64,000 nt of DNA from an uncultured Hyphomicrobiales bacterium (lineage in GTDB: Bacteria > Pseudomonadota > Alphaproteobacteria > Reyranellales > JAQSWP01): NCBI GenBank assembly GCA_964388115.1, contig CAYLYK010000002.1, positions 47,255-111,254 on the forward strand, in the 5' to 3' direction. The notes beneath the pieces were generated by a model. The model saw only the letters and a list, made by a program, of their open reading frames with translations. It was not told the DNA's origin and searched no databases. A program made the translations under genes and the position numbers. This document shows, piece by piece, positions 58,711 through 64,000 of this stretch (position 1 is its first letter; each line of letters opens with the position of its first letter).

Positions 58711-59331
58711 ATGCTGAAAATCTGGGGCCGGCGCAACTCGATCAACGTGCAGAAGGTGCTGTGGACCGCCGAGTTCTGCGGCCTGCCCTACGACAGCATC
58801 GAGGTCGGCGGCGCTTTTGGTGGCACCGATACCCCACAATATCTGGCGATGAATCCCAACAAGGTCGTGCCAACCCTGCAGGATGGCGACCTCACGCTGT
58901 GGGAATCCAACAGCATCGTGCGCTACCTCGCCGCCAGATACGGCAAGGACGGATTCTATCCTGGCGATGCAGCCATCAGAAGCCGCGCCGAACGCTGGAT
59001 GGACTGGCAGCTCTCGACGCTCGGCATGCCGATGCGCGATCTGTTTTGGGGTTACGTCCGCACGCCACCCGAGAAGCGCGACTACGCGGCCCTGAAAGCA
59101 GCGTTCGAGCTTGCTTCAGCCGCGATGCGCATCCTCGACGCCAATCTTGCCGACAATGCCTTCGTCGCCGGCGATCGCTTCACCATGGGCGACGTGCCGG
59201 TAGGCTGCTTCTCCTGGCGCTGGTTCCAGCTTCCCATCCCCCGCCCCGACCTGCCGAACCTCAAGCGCTGGCACGAGGCGTTGCACGAGAAGCCCGGTTA
59301 CCGGCAGCACGTCATGGTGACAATGACATAG
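58711..59331 (+). CDS. Glutathione S-transferase
   Basis: WGRRNSINVQKVLW, MNPNKVVPTL, LWESNSIVRYL and FTMGDV motifs. Confidence 0.92.
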   Translation: MLKIWGRRNSINVQKVLWTAEFCGLPYDSIEVGGAFGGTDTPQYLAMNPNKVVPTLQDGDLTLWESNSIVRYLAARYGKDGFYPGDAAIRSRAERWMDWQLSTLGMPMRDLFWGYVRTPPEKRDYAALKAAFELASAAMRILDANLADNAFVAGDRFTMGDVPVGCFSWRWFQLPIPRPDLPNLKRWHEALHEKPGYRQHVMVTMT

Positions 59332-59340
59332 GGCGCCTAT

Positions 59341-60264
59341 ATGCTGGGTTGTAGGGCCATTTGCTCTCGCCAAACGGAAACACCGATGCTGTCCCGCGCT
59401 GTTGTCGTTCGTTCGAGGTTTTTGACCTCGACGCTGCTGGGCGTGTTTCTATGCTTAGTATCTCACATTGCGCCAGCCCAAACTGAATTTCCGCCTCTGA
59501 GCAAGGTGACGCAGCAACCGATCAATCCATTCACTTCCAAAAACACTGATACAATTCGAGGCTCTCGAGTCGACCTGTTGGCAGGAAAGAAACTGCCGCG
59601 ATGGAGGAACACGGCTGAGTTTGCAAACGCAAGCTTGCCGCATGACCTTAGAGATTGGCGTCGGGAGGGCTGGACACGCGAGGCTCCATTTATTCAATCT
59701 GAGCCAGGTTTTAGCGTCCGAAGAATGCTGGATCTGTTACAGATCAAGCTCAAGGATGGCCGCTTCGTCTACTTCACTGACAACGACGATCCAGAGCGTC
59801 TCGAGCTCCAAGTATCATTTGAGTACAGGGGTTATGACAAGCAGCGACGTTTCTATTTCGTTTCATACAGGCTGTATAACGCCGTAGGTTTCCTCGTTAT
59901 TTCATCAGACACTGGCTTGATATGGTTTCTATATAGCCCATTCTGGTCGCCTGACCGAAGCCGAGTGGCCAGTATTGGAGATAGCCTCAACTTGGCTCCC
60001 TTTGTCGTACTGCGTTTATCCAATGGACATGCAACGACGGAAATATTCGAGAGTTCTGAAAACCCTGCAGGGCGCCTGATCCTTGGACTCGGAATGGATC
60101 AAATTTCCTGGCGTGATGAACGGACTGTTGAATTGTCCAGTACGCTAGATTCTCCCAATCGATCCGACTATCGCATTACATTGCGAATGATCGATCAAAA
60201 CTGGAAGATCACATCAGTGGAGCCTGAGATGCCCCGCTTTCTAATCTTGTATCCGGAGCGCTAG
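59341..60264 (+). CDS. Low-GC secreted hypothetical protein (paralog of 57855..58697)
   Basis: Hydrophobic signal-like N-terminus (start possibly 59386); LQIKLKDGRFVYFTD and PFWSPDRSRVAS segments. Confidence 0.7.
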   Translation: MLGCRAICSRQTETPMLSRAVVVRSRFLTSTLLGVFLCLVSHIAPAQTEFPPLSKVTQQPINPFTSKNTDTIRGSRVDLLAGKKLPRWRNTAEFANASLPHDLRDWRREGWTREAPFIQSEPGFSVRRMLDLLQIKLKDGRFVYFTDNDDPERLELQVSFEYRGYDKQRRFYFVSYRLYNAVGFLVISSDTGLIWFLYSPFWSPDRSRVASIGDSLNLAPFVVLRLSNGHATTEIFESSENPAGRLILGLGMDQISWRDERTVELSSTLDSPNRSDYRITLRMIDQNWKITSVEPEMPRFLILYPER

Positions 60265-60294
60265 ATCTTCAGCAGGTAAGCTAGCTGCTGCCAA

Positions 60295-61110
60295 TCACCC
60301 CTCGCCAAAATACCGACTCGGCGGCACGCCCAGGGCTTTCCTGAACATCGACGTGAAGGCCGACGCGCTGTCGTAGCCAAGATCCATCGCCACCGACGTC
60401 ACCTTCTCGCCCGACGCCAGCAGGCGCAAAGCCGCCAGCAAACGCGCCTGCTGACGCCATTGGCCGAAGCTCATGCCGGTTTCGCTGCGAAAGAGACGCG
60501 CCAGAGTGCGGGCGCTGGCAGATGCCGATTGCGCCAGTTCCTCAAGGGTGAGATCGAGCGCGGGATTTTCCAACAGGGCATCGCAAACGCGGCGCAAGCG
60601 CGCATCGTCGGGCAAGGGCAGATGCAGCGGCAGGATCGGCAGCGCCCGCAGCTCGTCGAGCAGCAGCGCCGCAAGGCGCGCGGCGCGGCTGTCGGGCTTG
60701 TAGCTGGCCGGCAACCGCACCGCTTCGAGCACGAGCTCGCGCAACAGCGGCGTCACCGCCACGACGCGGCACATCGGCGGCAGGGATCTGGCGCTTTCAG
60801 GCGCGACGTAGATCGTGCGCATGCCGACCGCCCCATGCATGGCGATGCAGTGGCGCATGCCGGCCGGCAGCCACAGCGCGCGCTGCGGCGGCACGACGAA
60901 GGCGCCCTGTTCGGTGTCGACATGCATAACGCCCGTGACGGCGAAGGCGAGCTGAGCGCGGTAATGGCTGTGCCAACCGGTGCTGGCGCCGTCCCGATAG
61001 TCGCTGGCGAGCGCCGTTGCGGCCGGCGCGCCGCGTTTCTCGCCGGGATGGCCCGGCAGGCGGCGGAGGGCATCGATCGGCTTTGGCCGTTTTGCGACAG
61101 TCTTTGGCAT
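60295..61110 (-). CDS. AraC family regulator (NimR-like)
   Basis: WHSHYRAQL cupin, VPPQRALWLP, RTLARLFRSETGMSF and LGYDSASAFTSMFRK motifs. Confidence 0.92.
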   Translation of the reverse strand: MPKTVAKRPKPIDALRRLPGHPGEKRGAPAATALASDYRDGASTGWHSHYRAQLAFAVTGVMHVDTEQGAFVVPPQRALWLPAGMRHCIAMHGAVGMRTIYVAPESARSLPPMCRVVAVTPLLRELVLEAVRLPASYKPDSRAARLAALLLDELRALPILPLHLPLPDDARLRRVCDALLENPALDLTLEELAQSASASARTLARLFRSETGMSFGQWRQQARLLAALRLLASGEKVTSVAMDLGYDSASAFTSMFRKALGVPPSRYFGEG

Positions 61111-61165
61111 TCTATGGCAAGTCTGCCAGAGCCGGTCCTGCTAAGAAAGGGGCCGGAGGATCCGC

Positions 61166-62392
61166 ATGACCGCCACCACTGCCGCGCCCATAGCCGATGT
61201 CAGCCCGTCGACCTTGAACCGCCTGCTGAACATGGGCCATTGGCTCGATCATCTGGCGACCACGATCTTTCCGGTCGCGGTACTGGAACTGGCGCGCGTG
61301 TTCGGCATGGACTGGAATGCGCTGCTGCTGTTCGGCCTGGGCGGCACCATCGCCTTCGGCGTCTTCTCGCTGCCCGCCGGCTGGCTGGGCGATCGCTGGA
61401 GCCGGCGCGGCATGATGCTGCTGTTTTTCTTCGGCATCGGCGTGTCGCTGGTCCTGTGCGGGCTGACCTCATCGCCGATCGAACTCGCCATCGGCCTGAC
61501 CCTGGTCGGCATCTTCGCCGCCATCTATCACCCGGTGGGGCTGGCGATGCTGGCGATGGACGCCGGCAATGTCGGCCGCACCTTGGGGGTGAACGGGCTT
61601 TACGGCAATTTCGGCATCGCTTTCGCCGCTTTCATCACTGGTGGTCTGATCTGGCTGGTCAACTGGCGCGCCGCCTTCATCGCGCCCGGCCTGCTGTCGA
61701 TCGCGCTGGGCTTCCTGTTCTGGCGGCTGGTGCCTAACGAGCTCAAGGTCGGCGGACGCAAATCCGTCGCCGCCATCCCGGTCGATCGCGCGCTGGGCAA
61801 GCGCATCTTCTTTATCCTCGCCACCACCACCATCGCCGGCGGCCTGATCTTCACCTCGACCACGCAATCGATGCCCAAGGTGTTCGAGGAAAATCTCGGC
61901 GCGCTGACCGGCTCGACCTTGGGCATCGGCGTGCTGGTGGCCGGCGTCTACGTGCTGGCCGCCGTCGCGCAGCTCATCGTCGGCAACCTGATCGACCGCT
62001 TCAGCCTGCGCCGCGTCTTCCTGCCGGTGGCGCTGGTGCAGGCGCCGCTGCTGCTGGTGCTGGGCTGGGCCAGCGACTGGAGCCTGCTGGTTCTCGCCTT
62101 CGCGGTGATGTTCGCGGTGTTCGGCCAGATCCCGATCAACGACGCGATGGTGGCGCGCTACGCCCCAGCCGAGTGGCGGGCGCGTGCCTACTCGCTGCGC
62201 TACATCATGTCGTTCGGCGCCTCGGCAACGGCGGTCCCCATGATCGCCTGGCTGCACGGCCAATATGGCGGCTTCCGCGAGGTCTTCATCGTGCTGGCGA
62301 TCTTCGCCGCCGCCTCGGGCATTGCCTCGCTGTTCTTCCCCGGCCGCCAGCGTCTTTTGACGCCGACGCCGCAGCCGCAAGCCGCGGAGTAG
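61166..62392 (+). CDS. MFS transporter
   Basis: HWLDH, GWLGDRWSRR, AAIYHPVG and GQIPINDAMV motifs; about 12 TM segments. Confidence 0.88.
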   Translation: MTATTAAPIADVSPSTLNRLLNMGHWLDHLATTIFPVAVLELARVFGMDWNALLLFGLGGTIAFGVFSLPAGWLGDRWSRRGMMLLFFFGIGVSLVLCGLTSSPIELAIGLTLVGIFAAIYHPVGLAMLAMDAGNVGRTLGVNGLYGNFGIAFAAFITGGLIWLVNWRAAFIAPGLLSIALGFLFWRLVPNELKVGGRKSVAAIPVDRALGKRIFFILATTTIAGGLIFTSTTQSMPKVFEENLGALTGSTLGIGVLVAGVYVLAAVAQLIVGNLIDRFSLRRVFLPVALVQAPLLLVLGWASDWSLLVLAFAVMFAVFGQIPINDAMVARYAPAEWRARAYSLRYIMSFGASATAVPMIAWLHGQYGGFREVFIVLAIFAAASGIASLFFPGRQRLLTPTPQPQAAE

Positions 62393-63139
62393 CTAGGCCC
62401 GCCCCATCGTTTCCGTGATGAGCGCCGCAACCTGCGGCGCATGCGTCGCCAGCATGCCGTGATCGGCCCCCTCTAGCGGCGCTGAGCGGCCGTTCTTCAC
62501 TATGGCGGCCAAGCGCTCGGCCACCAGCCTGGCGACGGCAGGACTCTTGGTGCCGTAAGCAATGGTGACCGGCATCGACAATGCAGCGAGGCTCGTGCGC
62601 GAATGCTGCTCGCGGAACGTCGCCTCGACATCGCGCACATTGACCAGCATCTGGCTGCGCAGGAATCCCTGCACCGGCTCCGGCATGCGGCCGAAAGCGT
62701 CGGCGCCGAACCAGAAATCGATCATGATGCCGACCGCATTTGCCTCGCCCGCCCTGGCTTTCGCCACATAGGAATCGAACAGGGCCTTGGCTTCGTTATA
62801 GGCTGCCTCCTCGCCCAGCACCGGCAATGTCGCCAGTTCCACCGGCTCGATCAGCACCAAAGCGGCGACCTTCACCTTGCCGGCCAGCGCGATATGCAGC
62901 GCGACGTTACCGCCATATGAATGGCCGGCCAGCACGATGCCGTCGGGCTGCGGTCCCAGGGCATCGGCGATGGACGCCGCCATCTCAGCCGTCTCGCGGC
63001 GTTGCGGCGGAGTGGGCTGGTTGTGGTCCGGCAGTCCCGGCGTGATCGCCGTCACGTTCTCGCCCAGCGCCTTGATGACACCCTTCCAGGCGTTGGGCGC
63101 GCCCGGCGAGCCGTGGATGAGAACGATCGGTCGCGCCAT
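62393..63139 (-). CDS. Alpha/beta hydrolase
   Basis: IHGSPG, GHSYG nucleophile elbow and a C-terminal DHG His. Confidence 0.85.
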   Translation of the reverse strand: MARPIVLIHGSPGAPNAWKGVIKALGENVTAITPGLPDHNQPTPPQRRETAEMAASIADALGPQPDGIVLAGHSYGGNVALHIALAGKVKVAALVLIEPVELATLPVLGEEAAYNEAKALFDSYVAKARAGEANAVGIMIDFWFGADAFGRMPEPVQGFLRSQMLVNVRDVEATFREQHSRTSLAALSMPVTIAYGTKSPAVARLVAERLAAIVKNGRSAPLEGADHGMLATHAPQVAALITETMGRA

Positions 63140-63148
63140 GGGATGCTC

Positions 63149-63634
63149 CTAACGAAAGATCATGCAGGTGGTGGAAGCATAGGCGCAGAGCTTGCCGGCG
63201 GCATCATGCACGCGCGCTTCGGCGGCGCCGCTCCTCTGGCCGACGCTGATCGGCGTGGCGACGCAGACCAGCCGGCCGGACTCCTTGGTCACGGTGCGCA
63301 CCAGGCCCAGTTTCAGTTCCATCGTGGTCCAGCCGGTACGCGGCGGCAGCAAGGTCCAGATGGCGCAGGACATGGCCGAATCGACGATGGTCGCCATCAC
63401 CCCGCCGTGCAACGTGCCGGCAGGATTGAAATGGAATTCCTGCGGCGTGAGCTGGTACTCGACCCGGCCTTCTTCGGCCTTGGTCAGATCCATCTCCAGC
63501 GTGTCCTGAATCGGCGCGCGCAATTCGCCGCGCGCCACCGCCTGCAGGAACTCCAGGCCGGACTTCTCGCCCATCGCCTTGGTCATCTCGTTGGGATCGC
63601 GCCAGGAATAGCTGCGCGTGCGGGCTTGGTTCAT
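63149..63634 (-). CDS. PaaI family thioesterase (hotdog fold)
   Basis: FNPAGTLHGGVMATIVDSAMSCA motif. Confidence 0.9.
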   Translation of the reverse strand: MNQARTRSYSWRDPNEMTKAMGEKSGLEFLQAVARGELRAPIQDTLEMDLTKAEEGRVEYQLTPQEFHFNPAGTLHGGVMATIVDSAMSCAIWTLLPPRTGWTTMELKLGLVRTVTKESGRLVCVATPISVGQRSGAAEARVHDAAGKLCAYASTTCMIFR

Positions 63635-63771
63635 CTTTCTCCCCTAACCGGACAATTGGTTACGCGTTCGTTGCCCAGTGTCGCCCTTGGCCTGCCAGCC
63701 GTCTTTGCTCCAGACCCGCACAAACTTATCCGATCGTCCAGCATGAGCGGTGGTTGTGCTATAAAGTAGGC

Positions 63772-64000
63772 ATGGATGTATTGAGCGATGTCCTGGGCAC
63801 TTTGCGGCTGCATTCGAGCCTGTACTTCCGCGCCGAGTTCGGCGGCGCCTGGTCCGCGCGCGTGCCGCGCGATCCCAACACGGTGCGGTTTCATTTGCTG
63901 TTGCAGGGCGATTGCTGGGTCGAAGTTCCCGGCAGCTTGAAGCCGACGCTGCTCTCGGCCGGGGATGTGGTGCTTATCCCTCATGGGGCCGAACAGATCC
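63772..64000 (+). CDS. AraC family regulator with Cupin_6 N-terminus (partial)
   Basis: Hand-translated: MDVLSDVLGTLRLHSSLYFRAEFGGAWS...FHLLLQGDCWV...AGDVVLIPHG, open at the window end. Confidence 0.85.
   Translation, partial: MDVLSDVLGTLRLHSSLYFRAEFGGAWSARVPRDPNTVRFHLLLQGDCWVEVPGSLKPTLLSAGDVVLIPHGAEQI

Overview
GC-rich bacterial chromosomal window, most consistent with an alphaproteobacterium (zf-CHCC/polA/YadG-type synteny, narR-narK-narGHJI layout, TakP-type TRAP system). About 60 CDS and one tRNA-Arg(CCG). I saw no integrase, transposase, CRISPR array or rRNA. Main blocks: (1) a translationally coupled HExxH Zn-metallopeptidase plus a Ddl-like ATP-grasp ligase; (2) Fe-ADH, a decayed NUDIX gene, a Baeyer-Villiger monooxygenase, a 2OG-Fe(II) oxygenase and a cytochrome c; (3) a 14-kb GntR-led catabolic operon of unknown substrate (Liv-type ABC importer, LeuCD-like hydratase, ICL-family lyase, hydantoinase/oxoprolinase A+B, a Cys-less isochorismatase-family protein, a FAD dehydrogenase); (4) respiratory nitrate reductase narK(1-2 fusion)GHJI with ppiC and mobB, a divergent Crp/Fnr regulator and FNR boxes; (5) patatin and bdhA; (6) a LysR gene, a bufferin-type MNIO RiPP cluster (DUF2282/DUF692/DUF2063/DoxX) coupled to NDH-2, then a cupin and an MFS gene; (7) a nitrilase, a ComDE-like TPP decarboxylase whose two subunits are split by an opposite-strand TRAP-amidase operon, and a YihU-type dehydrogenase with the sulfonate-binding GRT motif; (8) housekeeping genes including polA, two paralogous secreted proteins flanking a GST (one low-GC), and AraC/MFS/hydrolase genes. 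All family assignments come from motifs read by eye; no database searches were run.
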